A stretch of 64,000 nt of DNA from the NCBI RefSeq assembly GCF_057098645.1, contig NZ_CM169472.1; one strand, written 5' to 3'. The translations under genes were made by a program, and so were the position numbers. This document shows, in pieces, positions 28,124 to 41,958 of the stretch (positions within the stretch are counted from its first letter, which is position 1; every line of letters begins with the position of its first letter). Under the pieces are notes generated by a model. The model was given only the letters and a program-made list of their open reading frames with translations. It did no database searches and had not been told where the DNA came from.

Positions 28124-29665
28124 TTATCCGGCGATTTGTTGCAAAAATGTGGGCAAGTTAACAATTACCCGCGTGCCGTGCTGTTTTTCGAGCGTTAAGT
28201 CGCCGCCCAGGGCGCTGACGCGCTCACGCATCCCCTGAATGCCAAATCCGGCCATTTTCCCGCTGGCGATCCCCACACCGTTGTCGCTGACTTCCAGATG
28301 CAATACCTCTCCCTGCTGGCGCAGGATAATCGTCACTTCGCTGGCTTCGGCGTGTTTACAGACGTTATTGAGCAACTCCTGTAATAACCGATACAAGGTA
28401 AAGCGCACCGTTTCGTTTTCTGGTGTGGAGTTCAGTTGATAGGCAAACTGGCAATGAATGCCGCGTTCACTAAAGGCAAATTCATTAATCAGATGCAACA
28501 ACGCTTCGCGAAATGTCAGTTCATCAAGCGCGGGAGGCCGCAACTGGCGCAGCAATTGGCGGGTGGAGAGATGAATGCGGCGGGCGAGCTCATTGATTTG
28601 GCTGGCTGCGGATTGAATTTGCGCCGGATCACGCGCCCGCTTCACCAGTTGCGACTGGATCTGAATGGCGGTGATGTTCTGACCGATTTCGTCGTGCAGC
28701 TCTCGCGCCAGGTTTTTTCGCGTGTCCTCCTCGGTGTGGATCAGCTTTTCCGCCAATGCCCGCCGCGCTGCCAGCTCGGCCTCCAGCCGTTGTCGGTAAT
28801 GGTGCAGGTTTAGCGCCAGATGTTGCTGGCGACTGATGGCAATGCCCAGGCCAATTCCCAGCAAGGCCTGGGTCGCGAGGAAAATCTCCAGCTCCACCAG
28901 GTTACTAAAGCCCACGCCAACCTGGCGGGCGATGGTGATCATCATGCTGCCCAAAAGCCCGGAGAGTACGCCACCTTGCCAGCCAAATTTCCACGCCATC
29001 ACCACATTGGGCAAAAAGACCACGATCAACAGCAGACGTTCAATTTCAGGTGACAGCACCATCTGAGTGCCGATACCAATAATAAAAAACAGGCTACACC
29101 AGATGATTAAAGAGGTACGCAAGGGGGGATTATGCGTATCGAGTCCCAGGAGCTGGTAGCGATGCTGCTGGCGCAGAAACTCAAAGATAAGATAGACAAA
29201 CGGCGTCAGTAATACGCCGCCGGTAAATGAGGTCAAACCCGGCAGCATTATTGGGCCTGACATAAAAGGGGAGAGCAGGGCGGTATTCAACAATGAAGCT
29301 GCCGTGACAGTGGCTAACAGCAACGTCAGACGCTGCCAGTAAAGTGGAAAACGGTGCCAGAAGTTTTGTGCAAGGAGGGCAGGAAACAGGCTAATAACCG
29401 GCGTTGCCAGCATGAGATAACCGTTCAATAGCTGTTCACTATGGAGCCAGAACATCATCAGCAAAGGGGGGAGCACCAACGCAGGCCAGTAGCGGCGAGA
29501 GAGCAAAATAACAAGGGCGAGATAAACTCCCTGCGGGAGAAACAACACCGCCTGTTGACCGTTATTGGTCAGATAAAAGCTGAGCGTCCACAGCATCAGC
29601 CAGCCGGTTCCCCAGGCCAGCACAATAAACAGCGAAATCACCCAATGACGAAGATTGCGCGACAT
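28124..29665 (-). CDS. UhpB-like membrane sensor histidine kinase, 513 aa
   Basis: Multi-TM N-terminal domain, H-box ELHDEIGQNITAIQIQ and C-terminal HATPase region; start ATG overlaps the stop of the upstream regulator (TAATG). Confidence 0.85.
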   Translation of the reverse strand: MSRNLRHWVISLFIVLAWGTGWLMLWTLSFYLTNNGQQAVLFLPQGVYLALVILLSRRYWPALVLPPLLMMFWLHSEQLLNGYLMLATPVISLFPALLAQNFWHRFPLYWQRLTLLLATVTAASLLNTALLSPFMSGPIMLPGLTSFTGGVLLTPFVYLIFEFLRQQHRYQLLGLDTHNPPLRTSLIIWCSLFFIIGIGTQMVLSPEIERLLLIVVFLPNVVMAWKFGWQGGVLSGLLGSMMITIARQVGVGFSNLVELEIFLATQALLGIGLGIAISRQQHLALNLHHYRQRLEAELAARRALAEKLIHTEEDTRKNLARELHDEIGQNITAIQIQSQLVKRARDPAQIQSAASQINELARRIHLSTRQLLRQLRPPALDELTFREALLHLINEFAFSERGIHCQFAYQLNSTPENETVRFTLYRLLQELLNNVCKHAEASEVTIILRQQGEVLHLEVSDNGVGIASGKMAGFGIQGMRERVSALGGDLTLEKQHGTRVIVNLPTFLQQIAG

Positions 29666-30294
29666 TAATGCCCCGCCAGCAGATGGTGGTCGAGCGCAAA
29701 ATGTACCAGTTCAATGGTGCTATGGCAGTTCAGTTTTCCCAGCACATTGGCGCGATGCACATGTACCGTTTTATGACTGAGTTCGAGTTTAAAGGCGATC
29801 TCTTTAACGCTGTCTCCTTTGACCAGTAAATCAAACACTTCACGTTCTCGTGGGGTGAGAATTTCCAGCGCCTGGGCGGGTTGCCCGCCGCCGCGTAAAG
29901 CCCGAATCGCATCGGCACAGAGATAATGCCCGCCCAGCCCGACCGAGCGCACCGCCTGTACTAACTCTTCCGGCCCACAGCGTTTGGTTAAATACCCGCT
30001 GGCACCGGCATCCAGCGCGCTTTGCACAAAGGTTGGCGCGTCATAAATGCTAAGAATAATGGCGCGAAATTGCGGTTTTTGTGCACGCAGGCGCTTAAGC
30101 AAACTGAGGCCGTTTTCGTCCGGCATGGCAATATCAATGACGGCAACATTGACGTCATCACGGATTAATGCCGACCATGCCTGCGCGGCACTACTGTACT
30201 GACCAATGACCTCCAGATCGTCTTCCAGAGAGAGTAATTGTGCGAAGCCAGAGCGCACCACCACATGGTCATCCACCAGCACTACCCGAATCAT
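29665..30294 (-). CDS. UhpA-like response regulator (NarL/FixJ family, LuxR-type HTH), 209 aa
   Basis: MIRVVLVDDHVVVRSGFAQLL... receiver domain with Asp in VAVIDIAMPD; C-terminal HTH ...KEIAFKLELSHKTVHVHRANVLGKL. Confidence 0.87.
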   Translation of the reverse strand: MIRVVLVDDHVVVRSGFAQLLSLEDDLEVIGQYSSAAQAWSALIRDDVNVAVIDIAMPDENGLSLLKRLRAQKPQFRAIILSIYDAPTFVQSALDAGASGYLTKRCGPEELVQAVRSVGLGGHYLCADAIRALRGGGQPAQALEILTPREREVFDLLVKGDSVKEIAFKLELSHKTVHVHRANVLGKLNCHSTIELVHFALDHHLLAGH

Positions 30295-30596
30295 ACTTTT
30301 CTTCTCTTATTATCTAATTCTCCTATCATGCATCACGGCGCGGCGCTGGCAATCAACCAGCGACAGATATGGAATGGATGTAACAAAATGGCAATAATTT
30401 GCCGGAGCGCGCACATCTTATCTGGCTTGTGAACCGGCGGGATACGTTCGCCAAAACCGCAAAATGCGCAAACTCGCTAACCATTGCCGATTTTTTTCTA
30501 AAAACGCTTTGTTCTTAACAAGACCTTTTAATTCCTTTATCAAACTGACCCGCAACGAAATACTGCTCCCATAACAAGACAGGGGAGCAGACAATC

Positions 30597-31559
30597 ATGG
30601 CAATTTCATCGCGTAACACTCTTCTTGCCGCACTGGCATTCATCGCTTTTCAGGCGCAGGCGGTGAACGTCACCGTGGCGTATCAAACCTCAGCCGAACC
30701 GGCGAAAGTGGCTCAGGCCGACAACACCTTTGCTAAAGAAAGCGGAGCAACCGTGGACTGGCGTAAGTTTGACAGCGGAGCCAGCATCGTGCGGGCGCTG
30801 GCTTCTGGCGACGTGCAAATCGGCAACCTTGGTTCCAGCCCGTTAGCGGTTGCAGCCAGCCAACAGGTGCCGATTGAAGTCTTCTTGCTGGCGTCAAAAC
30901 TGGGTAACTCCGAAGCGCTGGTGGTAAAGAAAACTATCAGCAAACCGGAAGATCTGATTGGCAAACGCATCGCCGTACCGTTTATCTCCACCACCCACTA
31001 CAGCCTGCTGGCGGCGCTGAAACACTGGGGCATTAAACCCGGGCAAGTGGAGATTGTGAACCTGCAGCCGCCCGCGATTATCGCTGCCTGGCAGCGGGGA
31101 GATATTGATGGTGCTTATGTCTGGGCACCGGCGGTTAACGCCCTGGAAAAAGACGGCAAGGTGTTGACCGATTCTGAACAGGTCGGGCAGTGGGGCGCGC
31201 CAACGCTGGACGTTTGGGTGGTGCGCAAAAATTTTGCCGAGAAACATCCTGAGGTCGTGAAAGCGTTCGCTAAAAGCGCCATCGATGCTCAGCAACCGTA
31301 CATTGCTAACCCAGACGTGTGGCTGAAACAGCCGGAAAACATCAGCAAACTGGCGCGTTTAAGCGGCGTGCCGGAAGGTGACGTGCCGGGGCTGGTGAAG
31401 GGGAATACCTATCTGACGCCGCAGCAACAAACGGCAGAACTGACCGGACCGGTGAACAAAGCGATCATCGACACCGCGCAGTTTTTGAAAGAGCAGGGCA
31501 AGGTCCCGGCTGTAGCGAATGATTACAGCCAGTACGTTACCTCGCGCTTCGTGCAATAA
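30597..31559 (+). CDS. tauA: Taurine ABC transporter periplasmic binding protein TauA, 320 aa
   Basis: MAISSRNTLLAALAFIAFQAQAVNVTVAYQTSAEPAKVAQAD... Confidence 0.95.
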   Translation: MAISSRNTLLAALAFIAFQAQAVNVTVAYQTSAEPAKVAQADNTFAKESGATVDWRKFDSGASIVRALASGDVQIGNLGSSPLAVAASQQVPIEVFLLASKLGNSEALVVKKTISKPEDLIGKRIAVPFISTTHYSLLAALKHWGIKPGQVEIVNLQPPAIIAAWQRGDIDGAYVWAPAVNALEKDGKVLTDSEQVGQWGAPTLDVWVVRKNFAEKHPEVVKAFAKSAIDAQQPYIANPDVWLKQPENISKLARLSGVPEGDVPGLVKGNTYLTPQQQTAELTGPVNKAIIDTAQFLKEQGKVPAVANDYSQYVTSRFVQ

Positions 31560-31571
31560 AAGGAGGCGCAG

Positions 31572-32339
31572 ATGCTGCAAATCTCTCATCTTTACGCCGA
31601 TTATGGCGGCAAACCGGCACTGGAAGATATCAACCTGACGCTGGAAAGCGGCGAGCTACTGGTGGTGCTGGGGCCGTCCGGCTGCGGTAAAACCACCCTG
31701 CTGAATCTGATTGCCGGTTTTGTGCCTTATCAGCATGGCAGCATTCAACTGGCGGGTAAGCGTATTGAGGGACCGGGAGCAGAGCGTGGCGTAGTTTTTC
31801 AGAATGAAGGGCTACTACCGTGGCGCAATGTACAGGACAACGTGGCGTTCGGCCTGCAATTGGCAGGTATAGAGAAAATGCAGCGACTGGAAATCGCGCA
31901 CCAGATGCTGAAAAAAGTGGGGCTGGAAGGCGCAGAAAAACGCTACATCTGGCAGCTTTCCGGTGGTCAACGTCAGCGGGTGGGCATTGCCCGCGCGCTG
32001 GCGGCGAATCCCCAGCTGTTATTACTCGATGAACCGTTTGGTGCGCTGGACGCCTTCACCCGCGACCAGATGCAAACCCTGCTGCTGAAACTCTGGCAGG
32101 AGACGGGCAAGCAGGTGCTGTTGATTACCCACGATATAGAAGAAGCGGTGTTTATGGCGACTGAACTGGTTCTGCTTTCATCCGGCCCTGGACGTGTGCT
32201 GGAGCGGCTGCCGCTCAACTTTGCTCGCCGCTTTGTTGCGGGAGAGTCGAGCCGCAGCATCAAGTCCGATCCACAATTCATCGCCATGCGCGAATATGTT
32301 TTAAGCCGCGTATTTGAGCAACGGGAGGCGTTCTCATGA
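31572..32339 (+). CDS. tauB: Taurine ABC transporter ATPase TauB, 255 aa
   Basis: Walker [25 protein letters not shown]. Confidence 0.95.
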   Translation: MLQISHLYADYGGKPALEDINLTLESGELLVVLGPSGCGKTTLLNLIAGFVPYQHGSIQLAGKRIEGPGAERGVVFQNEGLLPWRNVQDNVAFGLQLAGIEKMQRLEIAHQMLKKVGLEGAEKRYIWQLSGGQRQRVGIARALAANPQLLLLDEPFGALDAFTRDQMQTLLLKLWQETGKQVLLITHDIEEAVFMATELVLLSSGPGRVLERLPLNFARRFVAGESSRSIKSDPQFIAMREYVLSRVFEQREAFS

Positions 32340-33163
32340 GTGTGCTCATTAATGAAAAACTGCATTCGCGGCGGCTGAAATGGCGCTGGCCGCTCTCGCG
32401 TCAGGTGACCTTAAGCATTGGCACGTTAGCGGTTTTACTCACTGTATGGTGGACGGTGGCGGCGCTGCAACTGATTAGCCCGCTGTTTTTGCCGCCGCCG
32501 CAACAAGTACTGGCAAAACTGCTCACCATTGCCGGACCGCAGGGATTTATGGACGCCACGCTGTGGCAGCATCTGGCAGCCAGCCTGACGCGCATTTTGC
32601 TGGCGCTACTCGCGGCGGTGTTGATCGGTATTCCGGTCGGGATCGCCATGGGGCTAAGCCCGACGGTGCGCGGCATTCTGGATCCGATAATCGAGCTTTA
32701 TCGTCCGGTGCCACCGCTGGCTTATTTGCCGCTGATGGTGATTTGGTTTGGTATTGGTGAAACCTCGAAGATCTTACTGATCTATTTAGCGATTTTTGCA
32801 CCGGTGGCGATGTCGGCGCTGGCGGGGGTGAAAAGCGCGCAGCAGGTTCGCATTCGTGCTGCCCAGTCGCTGGGTGCCAGCCGTGCGCAGGTGCTGTGGT
32901 TTGTCATTTTGCCCGGCGCACTGCCGGAAATCCTCACCGGATTACGTATTGGTCTGGGTGTGGGCTGGTCTACGCTGGTGGCGGCGGAGCTGATTGCCGC
33001 GACGCGCGGTTTAGGATTTATGGTTCAGTCAGCGGGTGAATTTCTCGCGACTGACGTGGTGCTGGCGGGGATCGCGGTGATTGCGATTATCGCCTTTCTT
33101 TTAGAACTGGGTCTGCGCGCGTTACAGCGCCGCCTGACGCCCTGGCATGGAGAAGTACAATGA
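32336..33163 (+). CDS. tauC: Taurine ABC transporter permease TauC, 275 aa
   Basis: Multi-TM permease; 4-bp overlap with tauB. Confidence 0.95.
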   Translation: MSVLINEKLHSRRLKWRWPLSRQVTLSIGTLAVLLTVWWTVAALQLISPLFLPPPQQVLAKLLTIAGPQGFMDATLWQHLAASLTRILLALLAAVLIGIPVGIAMGLSPTVRGILDPIIELYRPVPPLAYLPLMVIWFGIGETSKILLIYLAIFAPVAMSALAGVKSAQQVRIRAAQSLGASRAQVLWFVILPGALPEILTGLRIGLGVGWSTLVAAELIAATRGLGFMVQSAGEFLATDVVLAGIAVIAIIAFLLELGLRALQRRLTPWHGEVQ

Positions 33164-34011
33164 GTGAACGTCTGAGCATTACCCCGCTGGGGCCGTATAT
33201 CGGAGCACAAATTTCGGGTGCCGACCTGACGCGCCCGTTAAGCGATAATCAGTTTGAACAACTTTACCATGCGGTACTGCGCCATCAGGTGGTGTTTCTG
33301 CGCGATCAAGCCATTACGCCGCAGCAGCAACGCGCGCTGGCCCAGCGTTTTGGCGAACTGCATATTCACCCTGTTTACCCTCATGCCGAAGGGGTTGACG
33401 AGATCATCGTGCTGGATACCCATAACGATAATCCGCCAGATAACGACAACTGGCATACCGATGTGACATTTATTGAAACGCCACCCGCAGGGGCGATTCT
33501 GGCAGCGAAAGAGTTACCTTCGACCGGCGGCGATACGCTCTGGACCAGCGGTATTGCGGCCTATGAGGCGCTCTCTGTTCCCTTCCGCCAGCTGCTGAGC
33601 GGGCTGCGTGCGGAGCATGATTTTCGTAAATCGTTCCCGGAATACAAATACCGCAAAACCGAAGAGGAACATCAACGCTGGCGCGAGGCGGTTGCGAAAA
33701 ATCCGCCGTTGCTACATCCGGTGGTGCGAACGCATCCGGTGAGCGGTAAACAGGCGCTGTTTGTGAATGAAGGCTTTACTACGCGAATTGTTGATGTCAG
33801 CGAGAAAGAGAGCGAAGCCTTGTTAGGCTTTTTATTCGCCCATATCACTAAACCGGAGTTTCAGGTGCGCTGGCGCTGGCAACCGAATGATATTGCGATT
33901 TGGGATAACCGTGTGACTCAGCACTATGCCAATGCGGATTACCTGCCACAGCGGCGGATTATGCATCGGGCGACGATTCTTGGGGATAAACCGTTTTATC
34001 GGGCGGGGTAA
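33160..34011 (+). CDS. tauD: Taurine dioxygenase TauD (alpha-ketoglutarate dependent), 283 aa
   Basis: [57 protein letters not shown]...; His-X-Asp iron motif (WHTDVTF). Confidence 0.96.
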   Translation: MSERLSITPLGPYIGAQISGADLTRPLSDNQFEQLYHAVLRHQVVFLRDQAITPQQQRALAQRFGELHIHPVYPHAEGVDEIIVLDTHNDNPPDNDNWHTDVTFIETPPAGAILAAKELPSTGGDTLWTSGIAAYEALSVPFRQLLSGLRAEHDFRKSFPEYKYRKTEEEHQRWREAVAKNPPLLHPVVRTHPVSGKQALFVNEGFTTRIVDVSEKESEALLGFLFAHITKPEFQVRWRWQPNDIAIWDNRVTQHYANADYLPQRRIMHRATILGDKPFYRAG

Positions 34012-34019
34012 TACAAGAG

Positions 34020-34078
34020 TGGACGGTCCCCTCGCCCCCTTGGGGAGAGGGTTAGGGTGAGGGGGCGTTCACCGTACT
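34020..34078. repeat. GC-rich imperfect palindromic element between convergent tauD and hemB
   Basis: ggacggtcccctcgcccccttggggagagggttagggtgagggggcgttcaccg; G/C-tract near-palindrome of a kind common between convergent enterobacterial genes. Confidence 0.4.
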
Positions 34079-34117
34079 TTCAACAGGTTAACTCCCCCTT
34101 TCTGAGAGGAAACAAAA

Positions 34118-35092
34118 TTAACGCAGAATCTTCTTCTCAGCCAAATCCAGCGCAAAGTAGCTGAAAATCAGATCCGCACCCGCACGCTTAATCGAACCTA
34201 AGCTTTCGAGCACCACTTTCTCTTCATCTATAGCACCCGCCAGCGCGGCGAACTTAATCATCGCGTACTCACCGCTCACCTGATACGCGCCAATCGGCAA
34301 TTCAGTACGTTCACGCAGCTCACGCACGATGTCGAGGTACGCTCCAGCAGGTTTAACCATCAGGCAGTCTGCGCCCTGGGCTTCATCCAGCAGTGACTCA
34401 CGAATCGCCTCACGACGGTTCATTGGGTTCATCTGATAGCTTTTGCGGTCGCCTTTTAATGCGCTTCCGGCAGCTTCACGGAACGGACCATAAAAGGAGG
34501 AGGCGAACTTGGTCGAATACGACATAATCGCCGTATCTTTAAAGCCAGCAGCGTCCAGCGCCTGGCGAATCGCCTGTACCTGGCCATCCATCGCGGCGGA
34601 AGGGGCGATGAAGTCTGCACCTGCAGCAGCTGCAACCACGGCTTGCTTGCCTAAATTTTCCAGAGTCGCGTCGTTATCGACGCCATGCTCGCACAGCACA
34701 CCGCAGTGACCGTGAGAAGTGTATTCACAGAAGCAGGTGTCTGACATGACGATCATTTCTGGCACGGTCTGCTTGCAGATGCGCGACATACGCGCCACCA
34801 GTCCATCTTCCCGCCAGGCATCGCTGCCGGTTTCATCGGTATGGTGAGAGATGCCAAAAGTCATCACGGAACGAATACCGGCGTTGGCGATGCGTTCAAT
34901 TTCGCGTGCCAGATGTTTCTCTGGAATGCGCATCACGCCTGGCATGGCTTCAACGGCTTTGTAGTCGTCAATTTCTTCTTCAACAAAGATCGGCAACACC
35001 AGGTCGTTAAGGCTAAGTGTTGTCTCTTCAAACATAGCGCGCAGCGCAGGAGATTTGCGCAGGCGACGAGGGCGTTGGATTAAGTCTGTCAT
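34118..35092 (-). CDS. hemB: Porphobilinogen synthase HemB, 324 aa
   Basis: [39 protein letters not shown]...; the ORF track extends to 35125. Confidence 0.95.
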
Positions 35093-35616
35093 GGTCTGCC
35101 TGATGTTTGTGGAATCGAGGGGCATAGTATACCTGAAGCAGGGTAGGGATGTTTTACGAAAGTTGTCGCGATGTTGACAAGAAGAGAATGGAAGAGAGGC
35201 CAGGACATCTTTTTAATAGAAATAGCAATGATATTATATTCACTGTAAATATTTTTAATTTTTATTTATAGATGCCGGTTATTATTTTTACTGATTTGGT
35301 TGAACTGCCAAAAATTGAATTGCTTAAAGTTCATTGTTTATTGATACATTATTTATTTGATTTGTTGTTTTGATATTTTCAGGATCTATGGTTCAAAATT
35401 AATGATTTCATTAACGTGTTGAAATACAGTGTTTTTGTCAGCCTATTCTTTGTGTGTATAGATGTTTTTATATATGTCCACAATCGGACTTAGGGGAAAG
35501 AATAATTGAACCATTCCTCTATAACGCCGCATAATCGTAAACGCGAAACATAAGATGTTTTCTATGCATTGATAATTGATGGATCAACTTATTACGTCCC
35601 TGAGGAGGGATGACAA

Positions 35617-38526
<2,910 letters not shown>

Positions 38527-38527
38527 A

Positions 38528-39216
<689 letters not shown>

Positions 39217-40374
39217 TCAGGATGCGGGGATAACCAACGGTTTATTCCCGCTTAGCTCGGTCACCAGGTCATTGATGCCATCGCTCATATTTTTAAAGCG
39301 CGTCAATGGCGAACGAGTGACCACCACAAACGCGCCAATATTCTTCTGCGGGATCATCGCCATATAGGTAATGAAACCTCCACCACCACCTGTCTTCTGA
39401 ATAATCCCCGGACGACCCTCTTTCGGGGCCATATATACCCAGCCTAAACCAAGCGCATCCGCTTTGCCGGGGACATCCATGCCAATCACTTTCGTAAACT
39501 GCGCGCGCTGATAAATCAACGTCTGCATGCGATCTGCCTGGTTACTGCGCTGATAAAAATCAGATGACAAATACTGCTGCATCCAGCGCATCATATCGCC
39601 AGGCGTGGAATAGACGCCGCCGCTGCCAATTGCCGCCAGCGTGTTATTGCATGGACTGGCACCGCGCTCTGCAACCATTAAACGGCGGCACTGATCCGGT
39701 GAGGGGGTGTAGGTGGTGTCTTTCATCCCCAATGGACGGGTAATCTGCTCTTCAAACAACTGGGTATAAGGCTTGCCGGACGCATTCGCCAGTGCATCTG
39801 CCAGCAGGTCGAACGCAAGGTTAGAGTACGCCGCCTGACTGCCTGGCGCGGCTTTCAGCTTCGCCGTAGAAAGGTATTTCCAGCGTTGCTCGCGCGTTGG
39901 CCAGACAAACACCGGACGATGTGCCGCGCCACCGGGCTGTTCACGGGGCAGGGCGCTGGTATGGGTTGCCAGATTGACCAGCGTAATGGGCGTCCCATTG
40001 TAGGTTGGCACGCGTGCGCCTGGCGGAGCATATTTACTTAGCGGATCGTTTAACGTCACTGTCCCCTGGTCGAGCAATTTCACCAGCATCTCACTGGTCA
40101 TTAGCTTGGTGAGGGAAGCAATACGCACGACCGAATCCAGCTGCGGGCGAACGTTATTACCAGGTCGCGTTTCGCCATAACTGCGAAAGACGCGCTGGTT
40201 ACCGTCGATAACAACCAGCGCCATCCCCGTGGCACCGCTGCCGTAAAAAATATGATCGGCATAACGATCGACAATATCAGAGGCAAACTCCGGTTCAGTG
40301 ATCGGCTGCGCCGCATGGACGGAGGTCAATGACGCCGCACACAGCACGGCAGAAAAAAGCAGACTACGTTTCAA
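39217..40374 (-). CDS. ampH: Penicillin-binding protein AmpH (class C beta-lactamase fold), 385 aa
   Basis: MKRSLLFSAVLCAASLTSVHAAQPITEPEFASDIVDRYADHIFYGSG...; SxxK motif IASLTK. Confidence 0.94.
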   Translation of the reverse strand: MKRSLLFSAVLCAASLTSVHAAQPITEPEFASDIVDRYADHIFYGSGATGMALVVIDGNQRVFRSYGETRPGNNVRPQLDSVVRIASLTKLMTSEMLVKLLDQGTVTLNDPLSKYAPPGARVPTYNGTPITLVNLATHTSALPREQPGGAAHRPVFVWPTREQRWKYLSTAKLKAAPGSQAAYSNLAFDLLADALANASGKPYTQLFEEQITRPLGMKDTTYTPSPDQCRRLMVAERGASPCNNTLAAIGSGGVYSTPGDMMRWMQQYLSSDFYQRSNQADRMQTLIYQRAQFTKVIGMDVPGKADALGLGWVYMAPKEGRPGIIQKTGGGGGFITYMAMIPQKNIGAFVVVTRSPLTRFKNMSDGINDLVTELSGNKPLVIPAS

Positions 40375-40725
40375 CGGTGGTGTCCATAAATTGAATGAAG
40401 GTAACTGAGCGTATTTATACTACTCATTGATGGATTGCAAAGGGCGAATTAGTGCAATAATAGTGTTAAAAACGTAACGGCGCGTAAACACGATCTTTTT
40501 CCTGCTCACCAATGCCTGCATTTGTGATCCTGCGCGTGTTAATCCGCTTATGTAAACAATCTTTGGTTTGTGAAATCCGTCGAAACAATTCTTATGGTCA
40601 GGCTGGCGAACTAAGCGCCTTGCTATGGGTCACAATGGGCGGTTTCATTTGGCTGACGCTTTGTAGTGGTCATGCGGTTAATACACAGCAGTTGTTAAAA
40701 CGATAAGAAGTTAGCAGGAGTGCAT

Positions 40726-41946
40726 ATGTTTAAGTCTTTTTTCCCAAAGCCGGGAACGTTTTTTCTCTCGGCCTTTGTTTGGGCATTGATTGCCGTTATC
40801 TTCTGGCAAGCCGGTGGGGGTGACTGGGTGGCGCGTATCACCGGAGCTTCCGGGCAGATCCCGATTAGCGCCGCCCGTTTCTGGTCGTTGGATTTCCTGA
40901 TTTTTTACGCTTACTACATTGTTTGCGTAGGACTTTTTGCATTGTTCTGGTTTATCTACAGCCCGCACCGTTGGCAATACTGGTCAATACTCGGTACTGC
41001 ACTGATCATCTTCGTCACCTGGTTTTTGGTGGAAGTCGGGGTTGCCGTCAACGCCTGGTATGCACCGTTCTATGATCTGATTCAAACCGCGCTAAGTTCG
41101 CCGCATAAAGTCACTATCGAACAATTTTACCGCGAAGTGGGCGTCTTTCTGGGGATTGCGCTGATCGCGGTAGTGATCAGTGTGCTGAATAACTTCTTTG
41201 TCAGTCACTACGTGTTCCGCTGGCGTACGGCGATGAACGAATATTACATGGCGAACTGGCAACAACTGCGTCATATCGAAGGCGCCGCACAGCGTGTGCA
41301 GGAAGACACCATGCGTTTTGCTTCAACGTTGGAGAATATGGGTGTCAGTTTTATCAATGCCATCATGACGTTGATCGCCTTCCTGCCGGTGCTGGTAACG
41401 CTCTCCGCGCATGTGCCGGAGCTGCCGATTATCGGGCACATTCCGTATGGTCTGGTGATTGCCGTTATCGTCTGGTCGCTGATGGGGACCGGATTGCTGG
41501 CAGTGGTAGGGATCAAACTGCCGGGGTTGGAGTTTAAAAACCAGCGAGTAGAGGCTGCCTACCGTAAAGAGCTGGTTTATGGTGAAGACGATGCCACGCG
41601 CGCGACGCCGCCAACGGTACGCGAGCTGTTTAGCGCCGTACGGAAAAACTATTTCCGCCTCTATTTTCACTATATGTATTTCAACATCGCCCGCATTCTC
41701 TATTTACAGGTCGATAACGTTTTCGGTTTGTTCTTGCTGTTTCCGTCAATTGTTGCCGGTACGATTACGCTCGGCCTGATGACGCAGATTACCAACGTTT
41801 TTGGTCAGGTTCGCGGTGCTTTCCAGTACCTGATTAACTCATGGACCACACTGGTTGAGTTGATGTCTATCTACAAACGTCTGCGCAGCTTTGAACATGA
41901 GCTGGATGGTGACAAAATTCAGGAAGTAACCCATACCTTGAGCTAA
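40726..41946 (+). CDS. sbmA: Peptide antibiotic/microcin transporter SbmA, 406 aa
   Basis: [32 protein letters not shown]... Confidence 0.95.
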   Translation: MFKSFFPKPGTFFLSAFVWALIAVIFWQAGGGDWVARITGASGQIPISAARFWSLDFLIFYAYYIVCVGLFALFWFIYSPHRWQYWSILGTALIIFVTWFLVEVGVAVNAWYAPFYDLIQTALSSPHKVTIEQFYREVGVFLGIALIAVVISVLNNFFVSHYVFRWRTAMNEYYMANWQQLRHIEGAAQRVQEDTMRFASTLENMGVSFINAIMTLIAFLPVLVTLSAHVPELPIIGHIPYGLVIAVIVWSLMGTGLLAVVGIKLPGLEFKNQRVEAAYRKELVYGEDDATRATPPTVRELFSAVRKNYFRLYFHYMYFNIARILYLQVDNVFGLFLLFPSIVAGTITLGLMTQITNVFGQVRGAFQYLINSWTTLVELMSIYKRLRSFEHELDGDKIQEVTHTLS

Positions 41947-41958
41947 AAAGGAGAAGTA

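Noticed and set aside
40512-40706. 64-aa ORF in the ampH–sbmA divergent intergenic region
   Set aside because: Lies in a promoter region, has no convincing RBS, and a hydrophobic product without recognisable features; probably non-coding.
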